In this document: positions 28,053 through 38,351 of the stretch, piece by piece | Numbering within the stretch: position 1 is the stretch's first letter | How the letters are laid out: the number at the start of each line of letters is the position of its first letter | Source of the DNA: an uncultured bacterium | Lineage (GTDB): Bacteria; Chloroflexota; UBA5177; JANWHV01 | Direction: 5' to 3' | NCBI GenBank assembly: GCA_963827235.1 | Contig: CAWHAE010000018.1 | Location: forward strand, 416,001 to 480,000 | DNA: 64,000 bases | Notes under the pieces: generated by a model | Databases searched by the model: none | What the model was told of the DNA's origin: nothing | Seen by the model: only the letters and a program-made list of their open reading frames with translations | Program-made: the position numbers and the translations under genes

Positions 28053-28549
28053 GCGATCTGCCGGCATTCCGCGTGGGCCTGGGATACGACGTGCACCCCT
28101 TCGCGGAGAACCGGCCTCTCGTGCTCGGAGGCGTGGAGTTCGCGCACCATCGTGGCCTGTTCGGTCACTCGGATGCCGACGTGCTGCTCCATGCTATTGC
28201 CGACGCTTTGCTGGGCGCGGCAAGTCTGGGAGACATAGGACAGCACTTCCCACCCAGCGATCCGCAGTTCGAGGGCATCTCCAGCACGCTCCTGCTGGCT
28301 CACGTCGCCGGTATGCTGAAGGCCAAAGGCTGGATCGCGGTCAACGTAGACAGCACGCTGATCGCCGAGCGACCCAAGATAGCTCCCGAAGCCGACGCCA
28401 TGCGCGCCAATATCGCCGCCACGCTCGGCATCGGCGTGGATCAGGTCGGCGTCAAGGCCACGACCAACGAGGGCCTGGGATTTCTGGGCCGCGAGGAAGG
28501 AATAGCCGCCATGGCCGTCGCGCTGATTGGTCGGGCAGGCTCCGACTGA
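28049..28549 (+). CDS. ispF: 2-C-methyl-D-erythritol 2,4-cyclodiphosphate synthase
   Basis: GLGYDVH, GHSDADV, DIGQHFP, VKATTNEGLGFLGREEGIAA. Confidence 0.97.
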   Translation: MSDLPAFRVGLGYDVHPFAENRPLVLGGVEFAHHRGLFGHSDADVLLHAIADALLGAASLGDIGQHFPPSDPQFEGISSTLLLAHVAGMLKAKGWIAVNVDSTLIAERPKIAPEADAMRANIAATLGIGVDQVGVKATTNEGLGFLGREEGIAAMAVALIGRAGSD

Positions 28550-28555
28550 TGCGGC

Positions 28556-29815
28556 ATGGCTGAAGCCGCGCCATCGCCTGGTCAAGCGGTACGCCTGTCG
28601 CCCGGCTCGCCCACGGCAGACGGGCGCCTCGCTCCGCTACTTCCGGCGGCGGGAATCGGGGCGACTGCAGGCGTCGCCGCACTTCCACGGCAGCAGGCGA
28701 CGGAGCCCGCCGCGCCTTCCGAGCCCGGGGATGCCGGCCAGCAGGATCAGGTAGGCGCGGCGGCACACGCGTGTGGCGTCTCCCGGCCCGGCACAACGGC
28801 CATGATGACAGCCGAGCCGGACTGTGCGTCGCAGGCACCGGACGGGAAGCGAGACGCTCGTTCGGCGACCGTGCCTGGAAGCGGCGGCCAATCCCGGCCG
28901 GCACCGCTGATGCTGGCCCTCGGTTTCGCGCTGTTGTGCGCCATCTGGGGCGAGTTTCCGGTAGCCACGAAGGTCGGCATCACCAACCAGCCTCCCATGC
29001 TGGTCGCCGGTCTCCGCTTCACGCTGGCCAGTCTGCTGATGGCCGCGTTCCTTGGCGCGCGCGGCACCCGCTTCTGGCTGAGCCGCAGAGATCTGCCGGT
29101 CGTGACCTTCACCTCTTTGACCATTATCGGCATTCCCGCTGCCGTCTTCTTCTGGGGCGCCCAGTACGCGCAGGTGAGCGTGCTCAACCTGGTATGGAGC
29201 GTGCAGCCGCTGTTTCTGAGCCTGCTGAACATCGGCAATGAGTCGGAGAGCCAGAGCCGGCTGACCGCGGTGGGCATGGCAGCCGGCTTCGCGGGTGTCA
29301 CCCTGGTCATCGTGGGCGGGAGCGGCGTGCAGATGACCGCGATGGCGCTGGTAGCGAACCTCGCCGTGGTGGCCAGCGCCTTCACCTACTCGCTCGGTTT
29401 CCTTCAGGTGCGCGACCGCGCGGCAACCGGCGATCTGTTCGTGCTCACGGCCTGGCAGCTACTCTTCGCCGGTCTGCTCAACATCGGGCTGAGCCTGGTC
29501 TTCGAGCATCGGCTACCGACCGGGCCGGCGCCGGACGCCGTCTTCGCCTTCGCCTTCCTGGTGGTCGGCTGTAGCTGCGTGGCCTACTGGCTCACCAACT
29601 GGCTGGTGCGCCACATGGGCACCGTGCGCACGGGCTACAACGCGTTGCTGACGCCGGCGATCACCGTGTTGCTCGCCGCTCCGCAGCTCGGCGAGCCCCT
29701 CACCGCCAAGAAGCTGATTGGGTTGGTCCTGGTGGTAGCGGGCTTGCTGCTGATCATGCCGCGGGCACATAGGTCCGTGGCCGGAGAAGCCAGAGCGGTC
29801 GGCAGCCCTTCCTGA
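28556..29815 (+). CDS. EamA/DMT family transporter
   Basis: About 10 TM helices, IWG, LRF, LGEPLT...G..LVVAG. The N-terminal about 115 aa are low complexity, so the true start may be near 28802-28910. Confidence 0.85.
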   Translation: MAEAAPSPGQAVRLSPGSPTADGRLAPLLPAAGIGATAGVAALPRQQATEPAAPSEPGDAGQQDQVGAAAHACGVSRPGTTAMMTAEPDCASQAPDGKRDARSATVPGSGGQSRPAPLMLALGFALLCAIWGEFPVATKVGITNQPPMLVAGLRFTLASLLMAAFLGARGTRFWLSRRDLPVVTFTSLTIIGIPAAVFFWGAQYAQVSVLNLVWSVQPLFLSLLNIGNESESQSRLTAVGMAAGFAGVTLVIVGGSGVQMTAMALVANLAVVASAFTYSLGFLQVRDRAATGDLFVLTAWQLLFAGLLNIGLSLVFEHRLPTGPAPDAVFAFAFLVVGCSCVAYWLTNWLVRHMGTVRTGYNALLTPAITVLLAAPQLGEPLTAKKLIGLVLVVAGLLLIMPRAHRSVAGEARAVGSPS

Positions 29816-30012
29816 CGAGCCGTCTCGCCGGATCGCGCGCCACGGTGGGTTGGCATGCCCGTCGCGGCACTGGGGTCGCGCCGGCAACCGAGCTATCCGG
29901 CCGCCGCGAGAAGCTGCTTTGCTCGTGAGGCACCGGCCGGGTAGCCGAGCGTCGAGCCGGATGTTGTCACATGCCGGGGCTCGCACGGAGGTTGTCGGCC
30001 GCGATGTCGCCC

Positions 30013-31014
30013 CTACACTGAAGCGCGCTCGACCAGCGGGCACTGAATGAGCTCCTGGACCGGCGGCTCGACGGCATCGCGCGTTTCGTGCTCGACCAGG
30101 TACCTTACAGCCCATTGCCCCATCTGGTAGTGCGGTAAGTCCGACGTTGAGAGCGGCGGGCGCAAGTACGGCGCGATCACGTCCTCGTTGTCGAATCCGC
30201 GCACCGCAACGTCCCCTGGGATTGTCAGACCGAGCTCCTTGAGGGCGTCGTAGGCGCCCATGGCAGTACGGTCGGTGCCGCAGAAGATGGCCGTGGGCGG
30301 GTTCTGCAACTGCATCAGTGCCAGAGTATGGCGATAGCCGCTGTCGGCCATCGTGTTACCGGGCCGGACCAGCTCGGGATCGAACGGGATGCCGTGCTCC
30401 TCGAGAGCCTGCCTATAGCCCTTGAGCCGGCCGACGGCGGCAGGGATGACATGGCCGGCGTTGATGAGGGCAACTCGGCGGTGGCCCTTACGCAACAGCG
30501 TCTCGGTTGCCTCGTGCCCGCCGGCCACCTCGTCCGGCACGATCGACGGCAAGAGCCGATCCTCGCTAAAGCAATTGACCAGCACGGCCGGCGCGTCGCC
30601 GATCGTGTGCGGCAGCCGCACCCTCTTGTGGTACATCGCCGCGTAGATGATGCCTTCCACGCGGCGCTCGAGCAGTGCTTCCAGGGCCTGCGCTGTCAGG
30701 CTGGCGTTCTTGCCCGCGCTGACGATCAGCAGCAGCTTGCCGTGCAGTGCGGCCTCATACTGCGCGCCCTTGATGATATTGCCCGCATAGGGTGTCGTGG
30801 CAACGGTGTCGGTGACAAAACCGATCGTCTGCGACCGCCCCAGGCGCAGACCCTTAGCGGTGATGTCGGGCCGGTAGCCCAGCTCCTCGATGAGCGCGCG
30901 CACCCGCGCGCGCGTTTCCGGTGCCACGCGCGCGTGGCGCTCATTGATCACGTTGGACACGGTCTTGACGGAAACTCCGGCGCGTTCGGCGATGTCCTTG
31001 AGTCGCACGTCCAT
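30013..31014 (-). CDS. LacI family transcriptional regulator
   Basis: LKDIAERAGVSVKTVSNVIN HTH, LGYRPD, PTAIFC, IPGDVAVRGFDN. Confidence 0.96.
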   Translation of the reverse strand: MDVRLKDIAERAGVSVKTVSNVINERHARVAPETRARVRALIEELGYRPDITAKGLRLGRSQTIGFVTDTVATTPYAGNIIKGAQYEAALHGKLLLIVSAGKNASLTAQALEALLERRVEGIIYAAMYHKRVRLPHTIGDAPAVLVNCFSEDRLLPSIVPDEVAGGHEATETLLRKGHRRVALINAGHVIPAAVGRLKGYRQALEEHGIPFDPELVRPGNTMADSGYRHTLALMQLQNPPTAIFCGTDRTAMGAYDALKELGLTIPGDVAVRGFDNEDVIAPYLRPPLSTSDLPHYQMGQWAVRYLVEHETRDAVEPPVQELIQCPLVERASV

Positions 31015-31248
31015 ACTGGCACAATCCTCTTGCAGAATCTTTGCCCGGCGCCGTCGCCTGAGCGGCTATTCCCGCCTCGCTACTCGATGCTCGCCATTGC
31101 CGCGTCGTTTCGCGTCCGACTCCGAACGCGAACCCGGCCCCGTGACTTGGCAACAGGCTGTTCCGGAAGCAACTATAGCGCTCCGGATGGGTCCGCGGTG
31201 GAGCAGACCGGTGGCTCCCCCCGGTGCCGGGCCGTTGTCACTTCGCTG

Positions 31249-31311
31249 TTGACAAGCACCACATGGCAGTATACACTAAGTCCATCGATGGACCTAGATT
31301 CATCGATGGAC
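31249..31311 (+). promoter_or_regulatory. Sigma70 promoter and two LacI-type operators for the sugar ABC operon
   Basis: TTGACA 31249-31254, 17 bp spacer, TACACT 31272-31277. Perfect palindrome GTCCATCGATGGAC at 31280-31293, with a second copy ATTCATCGATGGAC 18 bp later. Confidence 0.8.
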
Positions 31312-31519
31312 CTCATAGACGGCATTCCCCGGTTGCCGTGCCTCCGATGCGAGGCGAAGGAGGTGATGCCCGCGGGTCAGCATGGAGCAGTGCGGCTCGA
31401 CGATTGCACCTGCCTGGTACTGGCATGTCTCCGCTACGCGGCGTCTACAGCCTGATCGCGACGGGCAGCGTTGCCGCAAGGAATACGTTGGATAGTATTT
31501 CGGTCGAGGTGAACGGAAG

Positions 31520-32947
31520 ATGGGCAACGAGACACAGGACGAATGCACGCGACGCAGCTTTCTGTTTAAGACCGGTATCGGTGTCGCAGGGGCGGTAGCC
31601 GCCTCTACGGTAGCAGCCGACATTACACGCGCAGCCACACGGCCCCGTGCCGTGGCGCACAGTTCACCGGCCACCATCACTGTCGTCGGGCAGTTGGATG
31701 CCAACACCAAGCTGTTGACCAGCATGTTCGAGAAACAGCATCCGGACATCAAGCTGAACTACGTCAATGTGCAGGCGCCCGACTGGGACCAGCTCTTTAT
31801 CAAGATCCTCACCATGGTGGCGGCCGGCTCGGCGCCCGACGTCATCACCGTCGCCACCGAAGGCGTGCAGGAGTTTGCTGCCAAGGGCTTGGGCATTCCT
31901 CTCGACGACTACGTCAAACGCGATAAGGCTGAAATGGCCGAGTTCTTCGCGGACGTGCATCCCACCCTCGTGGAAGCCATGATGTATAAGGGCAGCCTCT
32001 ACTTGCTGCCGACCGACTTCAATGCCGTCGACATGTACTACGATCCCGTGCTGTTCAAGGCAGCCGGTTTCGGGCGGCCCGCCGACAACTGGACGAAGGA
32101 CGACTTCTACAAGATTGCAAAGGCCATTACCAAGCAGAGCGGCAACCAGACCAACGTCTTCGGCTACGGCTGGGTGGTGCGCCTCTGGGGCAGCTGGACT
32201 CCCTGGATCCATGTCGCCGGCGGCGACCTCCTGGAGTTTGGGCGTGCTTCTGGTGGAAGCTGGCTGTGGGACACGTTCTACAAGGGCAACGCCCAAGCGC
32301 AGGGGCGCGGTGGCGGCCTGCAGTGGGGCGCACCGACGGCCAACAGCGCCCAGTGCCTGGAGGCATTGCAGTTCATGCTCGAGCTCGTCAAAGAGGGCAT
32401 CACCCCCATACCGAACGTCAACGGCGGCGGCGCCCTGCAGGGCTTCTTCGCCAGCAAGAAGCTGGGCATGACCCCAGCCGGCGGCTTTTGGGCCGGCGGC
32501 CTGCACAGCGCCGGGATGGCCGGCAATCTCTACGACGTGCAGTACTTCCCCGCCTGGAACGGCCAGCGCACCCACTTCGGCACGGCGGGCAAGATGATCC
32601 TCAAGAGCAGCAGCAACAAGGACGCGGCCTGGGAGTACTGCAAGTTCTTCGCCAGCAAGGCGGCCATGGAGATCGAGCTGGCCGGCAACAACTCGACTCC
32701 CACTCGGAAGTCCATGATGACCGCCCAGCGCTACGCTCCCACGGGTCCGGCCCATTGGCCGGTCTTCTACGCCACGCTCGACCGCAGCGGTACCCGGGCC
32801 ATGCCTGCCCCTACCTACTACAACGCAGAAGCGAATATCTTGGACAAGTACACCACCTTGGCCATCGGCGGCAGCTCGTCTCCGAAGGATGCATTGGACG
32901 GCATGCAGCGCGAGCTCGAGCATCAGTACGCGTTGGCTCCGAAGTGA
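31520..32947 (+). CDS. Carbohydrate ABC transporter substrate-binding protein with a Tat signal
   Basis: TRRSFLFK twin-arginine motif; FEKQHPDIK, AGSAPDV, NKDAAWEY; followed by two permeases. Confidence 0.9.
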   Translation: MGNETQDECTRRSFLFKTGIGVAGAVAASTVAADITRAATRPRAVAHSSPATITVVGQLDANTKLLTSMFEKQHPDIKLNYVNVQAPDWDQLFIKILTMVAAGSAPDVITVATEGVQEFAAKGLGIPLDDYVKRDKAEMAEFFADVHPTLVEAMMYKGSLYLLPTDFNAVDMYYDPVLFKAAGFGRPADNWTKDDFYKIAKAITKQSGNQTNVFGYGWVVRLWGSWTPWIHVAGGDLLEFGRASGGSWLWDTFYKGNAQAQGRGGGLQWGAPTANSAQCLEALQFMLELVKEGITPIPNVNGGGALQGFFASKKLGMTPAGGFWAGGLHSAGMAGNLYDVQYFPAWNGQRTHFGTAGKMILKSSSNKDAAWEYCKFFASKAAMEIELAGNNSTPTRKSMMTAQRYAPTGPAHWPVFYATLDRSGTRAMPAPTYYNAEANILDKYTTLAIGGSSSPKDALDGMQRELEHQYALAPK

Positions 32948-33274
32948 TACCCGCGCTCTGCGTGGTTCGCATTACCGGGCCGTGCTGAGTGTCTCTACTG
33001 AAGCCAGGATGGAATCTGCCTGCGCCACTGGAGAGACCTAGAGGCCAGTCCCTACGGGTTCCTCCATGGTCTGCGGATCTCACCACGGCCTCACGTTCGG
33101 TCGGCAGGCATCGTATGGGCTTCCCGTACGATGCCTGCGCCAACCGGCCCACGTGGTACGCCGCCATGCATGTCCAGGTGTCGCTGCGCAGCGAGGCACG
33201 CGCTGGTGTTTGCCGGCCGCGGGCGATGACTGCCGTAGGCGCGGCAACGGGTTGGGTCCTGGAGGACAGATCAA

Positions 33275-34228
33275 ATGCAGCAGACAGCATGGGCACAGCC
33301 TAAGGCACGCGGAGGGCTCACGGGCTGGCTGACCGAAACCTCCCACCGGGGCATGGCCCGGCGGAAGGCCTTGATGGCGTACCTGTTCTTGTTTCCCACC
33401 GTACTCGGCATCGTGGTATTCACCGCCGGTCCCGTGCTGGTGTCCCTCGGCCTGAGCTTCTACAGCTGGGACGTGATCTCCTCACCGACCTTCGTCGGCT
33501 GGACCAACTACCAGACCTTCGTCAACGACCCGCAAGGCTTCCTCAGTTTCGAGAACACCTTCCAGTATGTGGTGTTGGACGTCACCCTGCAGATCGTGGT
33601 GGGGTTGGCACTGGCGCTCCTGATGCAGCAACGCATGGCGAGGTGGCTGCGCACGCTGTTTCGTAGCATCTTCTTCTTGCCCTTGGTCGCCTCCGGGGTG
33701 ATCACGACCATCATGATGGCCTACCTCTTCAACAAAGACCTGGGGCTGATCGACTACTATCTCGGCCTGATCGGACTGCCCCATGTCCCATGGCTCAGCT
33801 CCACGCACTGGGCCATGATCGCCGTGGTGCTCACGTCCGTCTGGCAACAGATGGGCTTCACCTTCCTCATCTTCGTCGGCGGGTTGGCCAGCATCTCGAA
33901 GGAGGTTCTCGAGGCCGCCGACGTGGATGGCTCCAGCGGCTGGCACCGCCTGTTGCACATAACCTTGCCGATGGTGAGTCCCTCGATACTCCTGGTCGCC
34001 GTGATCGGCATCATCAACGCCCTGCAGGTCTTCACCGAACCGCAGGTGCTGACCGACGGCGGACCGGGCGATGCCACGCGCACCGTGGTGATGATCATCT
34101 ACGAGGCGGCGTTCCAGAACCTGCAGATCGGTTATGGCTCTGCCATCGCGGTATTGCTCTTCGCGGTAATCATGGTGGTCACCGCGGCGCAGTTCTGGCT
34201 CAGCAGACACTGGGTGTTCTATCAGTGA
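33275..34228 (+). CDS. Carbohydrate ABC transporter permease
   Basis: FVGWTNY, EAA loop EAADVDG, HITLPMVSP, GYGSAIA. Confidence 0.94.
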   Translation: MQQTAWAQPKARGGLTGWLTETSHRGMARRKALMAYLFLFPTVLGIVVFTAGPVLVSLGLSFYSWDVISSPTFVGWTNYQTFVNDPQGFLSFENTFQYVVLDVTLQIVVGLALALLMQQRMARWLRTLFRSIFFLPLVASGVITTIMMAYLFNKDLGLIDYYLGLIGLPHVPWLSSTHWAMIAVVLTSVWQQMGFTFLIFVGGLASISKEVLEAADVDGSSGWHRLLHITLPMVSPSILLVAVIGIINALQVFTEPQVLTDGGPGDATRTVVMIIYEAAFQNLQIGYGSAIAVLLFAVIMVVTAAQFWLSRHWVFYQ

Positions 34229-34301
34229 GGCGAGCAGCAGCGCCGCACCGGCAGATGCAACGGGGTCGATGCGGTTCGAGAAGGGATGCAGGGACTGAAT
34301 C

Positions 34302-35186
34302 ATGTTAGCTACCCCGGTTGTCTGGCGCAAGACCACCTCGCGCGAGACGCGGTGGCAACACTACCGCAAGCTCGCGCTGCGAACGCTTGGCTTCCTGCCG
34401 CTGATTATTGTGTCCATCATCATCCTCGGGCCGATGCTCTGGACGGTGAGTTCCTCGCTGCGTCCGGCCGCTCAGTCGTTCACCCTGCCCCCGCAGTGGT
34501 TTCCCGTGCGCCCGGAATGGAGCAACTACGGGGACGTGTTCTCGACCATTCCCTACGGGACGTACGTGGCCAACAGCGTCATCGTCAGCGTGTCCGTCGT
34601 CGTCGGACAATTGGTTACGGCCACCCTTGCCGGCTACGCATTCGGCAGGCTGCGCTTCCCCGGCAGGAATATCCTGTTCTGGCTGGTCATGGCCACCATG
34701 ATGATCCCGTTGCAAGCCACGATCATTCCCGTCTTCGTGTTCATCAGCAAGCTCCACCTCAACGATACGCTCTGGTCGCTCATTCTGCCCGCCTGGCCGA
34801 CGGCCTTCGGCACGTTCTTGCTGCGACAGTACTTCATGACGTTGCCCGACGATTTCGAAGAAGCGGCGGTGATCGACGGAGCAAGTCAGTGGACGGTCTT
34901 CGCGCGCATCTACCTGCCGCTTGTCACGCCTGCCATGGCCATTCTCGCCGTGCTGACCTTCAATGGCACCTGGAACGATTTCTTCCGGCCATTGATCTTT
35001 CTCTCGGACCAGCAGCACTATACCGTTCCCCTCGGCATTGAGGCGCTGTTCGGCTACCTGTCCACCGGGAGCATAGCGACGGTGCTCGCCGGCGTCGTGC
35101 TCTCCGTAGTCATCGTGATGGCGGTCTATGTCGTCGGCCAGCGCTACCTGATCGAGGGACTCACACTTGGCGGTGTCAAGACCTGA
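34302..35186 (+). CDS. Carbohydrate ABC transporter permease
   Basis: AGYAFGRLRFPG, LLRQYF, EEAAVIDGAS, WNDF. Confidence 0.94.
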   Translation: MLATPVVWRKTTSRETRWQHYRKLALRTLGFLPLIIVSIIILGPMLWTVSSSLRPAAQSFTLPPQWFPVRPEWSNYGDVFSTIPYGTYVANSVIVSVSVVVGQLVTATLAGYAFGRLRFPGRNILFWLVMATMMIPLQATIIPVFVFISKLHLNDTLWSLILPAWPTAFGTFLLRQYFMTLPDDFEEAAVIDGASQWTVFARIYLPLVTPAMAILAVLTFNGTWNDFFRPLIFLSDQQHYTVPLGIEALFGYLSTGSIATVLAGVVLSVVIVMAVYVVGQRYLIEGLTLGGVKT

Positions 35187-35289
35187 CGCTAACTCACGCG
35201 GCCGGCCAAGCGCATCATGTGCCGGTTCTCACCGGGCTGCTCCCTGTTGTTCCGCCGGGCAGGCGCGCAAGTCGACATAGCGAGGACCT

Positions 35290-36726
35290 ATGCCTGAACA
35301 TCGTCCGCTTTATCACTTCCGCCCAGCAGCCAACTGGATCAACGATCCGAACGGGCTGATTCAGTGGAAGGGCCAATACCACCTGTTCTACCAGCATAAC
35401 CCGGCCCGCCCCTTTCACGGCGTCATCCATTGGGGGCACGCGGTCAGCTCCGATCTGGTGCATTGGCGGCAGCTGCCGCTGGCGCTCTCGCCGACGTCCG
35501 GTGGCCCTGACGAATCCGGCTGCTGGTCCGGCTGCGCTGTGGACAACGACGGTATTCCTACGCTCATGTATACGGGCGTGCGCAAGGTCGGGGATTACGT
35601 GCAGACTCAGTGTCTCGCCACCGGCGACGACGATCTGCTCACCTGGCACAAGCACCCGGCTAATCCGGTCATCGCCGAGCCCCCGCCCGATCTGGACCTC
35701 ATCGCCTTCCGCGATCCGTACGTGTGGAAGAAGGGGGCTCTTTGGCAGTGTGTGATCGGCACGGGCATCAAAGATCACGGGGGAGCTCTGCTCCTCTACT
35801 CCTCTGCGGACCTGGAGCACTGGACATTCGAGAGAGTGCTCTTCAGTCGCTCAGCCCTTGAGCGAGAGCCCGTTTGGACCGGCGCCGTCTGGGAATGCCC
35901 CCAGTTCTTCCGCCTTGGCGGCTCCCAGGTGCTGATCATGTCGATCTGGGACGAGCAGAAGCTCAACTATCCCGTCTATGCTATCGGAACCTACGATGAC
36001 CAGACCTTCGCGGCGGACACTCTGTGCCGGCTCGACCTGGGCCCTGAGTACTACGCGCCTGCGACGTGCCTTGACGAACGCGGCCGCCGTCTTGTCTGGG
36101 GCTGGATCTGGGAAGCGCGATCGCAATCGTCTCAGCGCGCTGCGGGATGGGCAGGCGTGATGTCATTGCCCAGGGTATTGACGCTGCATCCGGACAACAC
36201 GCTGGGTATAGCGCCCGCACCTGAGCTGCAGTCGCTACGCGGGTCCCGCGACCGACGCACGAACCTCACAGTTGCCCCGGGCAGCTCGAGCCTTCTCGAA
36301 GGCATCCAGGGTGACGCGCTGGAGATACTGGTCGAGGTAGACCTGGCAGCTACCGACGCCACGGAGATTGGTCTACTGCTCCGATGCTCGCCGGATATGG
36401 AGGAATGCACCCGAGTCGTGTACAACCGTCTCGACCGCAGCATTCATGTGGATCGGGAGCATGCCAGCCGGGATCCCAATGCCTGGCGCGGCGTGCACGG
36501 CGGCGTTTGCCCCGCCGCCACGGATAGCGTGCTGAAGCTCCGCGTCTTCCTCGATCGGTCGGTGCTGGAGGTCTTCGTCGACGACCGGACCTGCCTGACC
36601 GCGCGGATCTATCCTGTGCGGCCCGACAGCATGGGAGTCGGGCTCTTCTCCTGTCAGGGATCGCTGTGCATATCGACGCTCGATACCTGGTGGATGCAAC
36701 CGAGCCCCGTCGACGCAGGGAGCTAG
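35290..36726 (+). CDS. Glycoside hydrolase family 32 (beta-fructofuranosidase), cytoplasmic
   Basis: WINDPNG, WGHAVS, WSG, FRDP, WECP, DRSVLEVF; no signal peptide. Confidence 0.95.
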   Translation: MPEHRPLYHFRPAANWINDPNGLIQWKGQYHLFYQHNPARPFHGVIHWGHAVSSDLVHWRQLPLALSPTSGGPDESGCWSGCAVDNDGIPTLMYTGVRKVGDYVQTQCLATGDDDLLTWHKHPANPVIAEPPPDLDLIAFRDPYVWKKGALWQCVIGTGIKDHGGALLLYSSADLEHWTFERVLFSRSALEREPVWTGAVWECPQFFRLGGSQVLIMSIWDEQKLNYPVYAIGTYDDQTFAADTLCRLDLGPEYYAPATCLDERGRRLVWGWIWEARSQSSQRAAGWAGVMSLPRVLTLHPDNTLGIAPAPELQSLRGSRDRRTNLTVAPGSSSLLEGIQGDALEILVEVDLAATDATEIGLLLRCSPDMEECTRVVYNRLDRSIHVDREHASRDPNAWRGVHGGVCPAATDSVLKLRVFLDRSVLEVFVDDRTCLTARIYPVRPDSMGVGLFSCQGSLCISTLDTWWMQPSPVDAGS

Positions 36727-37059
36727 CACGGCACGCCCTGACAATTGTCCATGGTTTTCCGGCCGCCAGCCGAACACGCCGGGCGGCGGCTGCTCCCCGC
36801 GGCGCGCACAGAGAGCGTGACCATGCGTGGCACGCTCGCCCGCCGGACTACCGGGCTCGCGGAGCCGTGCGCCAAGCTGTCGCCGCGGCGCGTCGGAGGC
36901 GCCTAACGCACGGCGCCGCCAAGGAGTCCGGTCACCAGGCGCTTCTTCGAAATGGTCGCCTTTGAGAACTCTCCTGCTTTTCGCGACACGCACGTCCTAC
37001 CACGTTGACTCTGCGCCGACCTGCTCCCGCCCCGATCCGTGGCGCCGGCGGACGGATGG

Positions 37060-37929
37060 TCAGGTCCTGGACGACGTCTTGAGGCCGTGCCGTACCGCCA
37101 CACCTCGGAGGAAGCGCAGGCCCTCCCGCACGAGCTCATCGCCGCTTGGCGCAAGATCGCGCCACACCGGCGTGCCGGTGCGCATGTCGTCCGAGATGTC
37201 GATGAAGCTCTCCATGCCCGCGTAACCGTCGTACTGCATCTCGCCGAGCGTGGCGAACAGAGTATCCCAGTCGACCAGCCCAGTCCCGGGAATACCGCGA
37301 TCGTTCTCGCACAGGTGAATATGGCACAGACGTGCGCCGGCCTGCCGGAACGGCTCATCCCACCGTTTCTCTTCGATGTTCATGTGATAGGTATCCAGGT
37401 GAATACCGACGTTGGGCCGATCAATCATGTCGCACACCGTAACCGCCTGGGCCGCGGTGTTGACCAGAAACGTCTCGTAGCGATTGACCGGTTCTACGGC
37501 AATACTCACACCAAGGCCCGCCGCATGGTCGGCTACCTGGCGGAGACCCTCGGCCGCCCATGACCAGTGGCGCTCCGCCGGCCTGAATGGCGGCCGGCGT
37601 CCGTGTTCCGAGTAGATCACGCCCGAAAGCTGCCGTGCGCCCATGCCGGCGGTCGCATCCACGCAGCGAATGAGGAGCTCCTTGCCTGCAGCCCGAATGG
37701 CAGGATCTTCCGCGGCCAGGTCGGTCGTCGCGCTCAACACCGTGCTGGTGACCACGTCAAAGCCCAATCCGGATACACGCTTGTGTATGGCTTGCGCGTC
37801 GATATCGCCAAGGCCCATGAGCGGGATCTCGATGAAGTCGAGCCCCAGGCTCTGCGCTCGATCGATCAGGCCAAGGTTGTCGTTTGTCCAGTGGTTCGTC
37901 CAGGCCATGGCATGGATACCAAGCTTCAT
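37060..37929 (-). CDS. Sugar isomerase/epimerase of the D-tagatose/D-psicose 3-epimerase family
   Basis: EPVNRYE, DTYHMNIEE, HIHLCENDRGIPGTG, ESF, VWR. Confidence 0.88.
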   Translation of the reverse strand: MKLGIHAMAWTNHWTNDNLGLIDRAQSLGLDFIEIPLMGLGDIDAQAIHKRVSGLGFDVVTSTVLSATTDLAAEDPAIRAAGKELLIRCVDATAGMGARQLSGVIYSEHGRRPPFRPAERHWSWAAEGLRQVADHAAGLGVSIAVEPVNRYETFLVNTAAQAVTVCDMIDRPNVGIHLDTYHMNIEEKRWDEPFRQAGARLCHIHLCENDRGIPGTGLVDWDTLFATLGEMQYDGYAGMESFIDISDDMRTGTPVWRDLAPSGDELVREGLRFLRGVAVRHGLKTSSRT

Positions 37930-38351
37930 CGTCCGTGCCCTTTCATCACCAATCTGTGGCTGCCTGCCGATCGCCCTCGTCGACAGCCTGCGTGCGCCGC
38001 GCCACCGCCTGCGTTCACCAGCGCGATCCCTGGCGGCCCTGATGCACCCTATCCTGTTAGCTTGTAACTACGAGTGGCCCTGCGACATCCGCCCCACACT
38101 ACCACCCGGCGTGGAGGCTGTCAACGAGCGGGCACGCGGAGACATCTTCTCGCGATCGGAGCCAATGGCGCGCTCGTTTGCTGATGCCCGGCGTTCCACT
38201 CTGTTCGGTTGGGCGGGCCGCCCCGGAGGGCCACGTGGCGGCATGGTCGGGTACGGTGCGCTCCGGGAACTGCCGGCGCGCGCCTCTACGCTTCTCGGCA
38301 GCAGATGGTGCGTCATCTCAGCACAGGCAGGTAGGATCTATACTTGGAACT

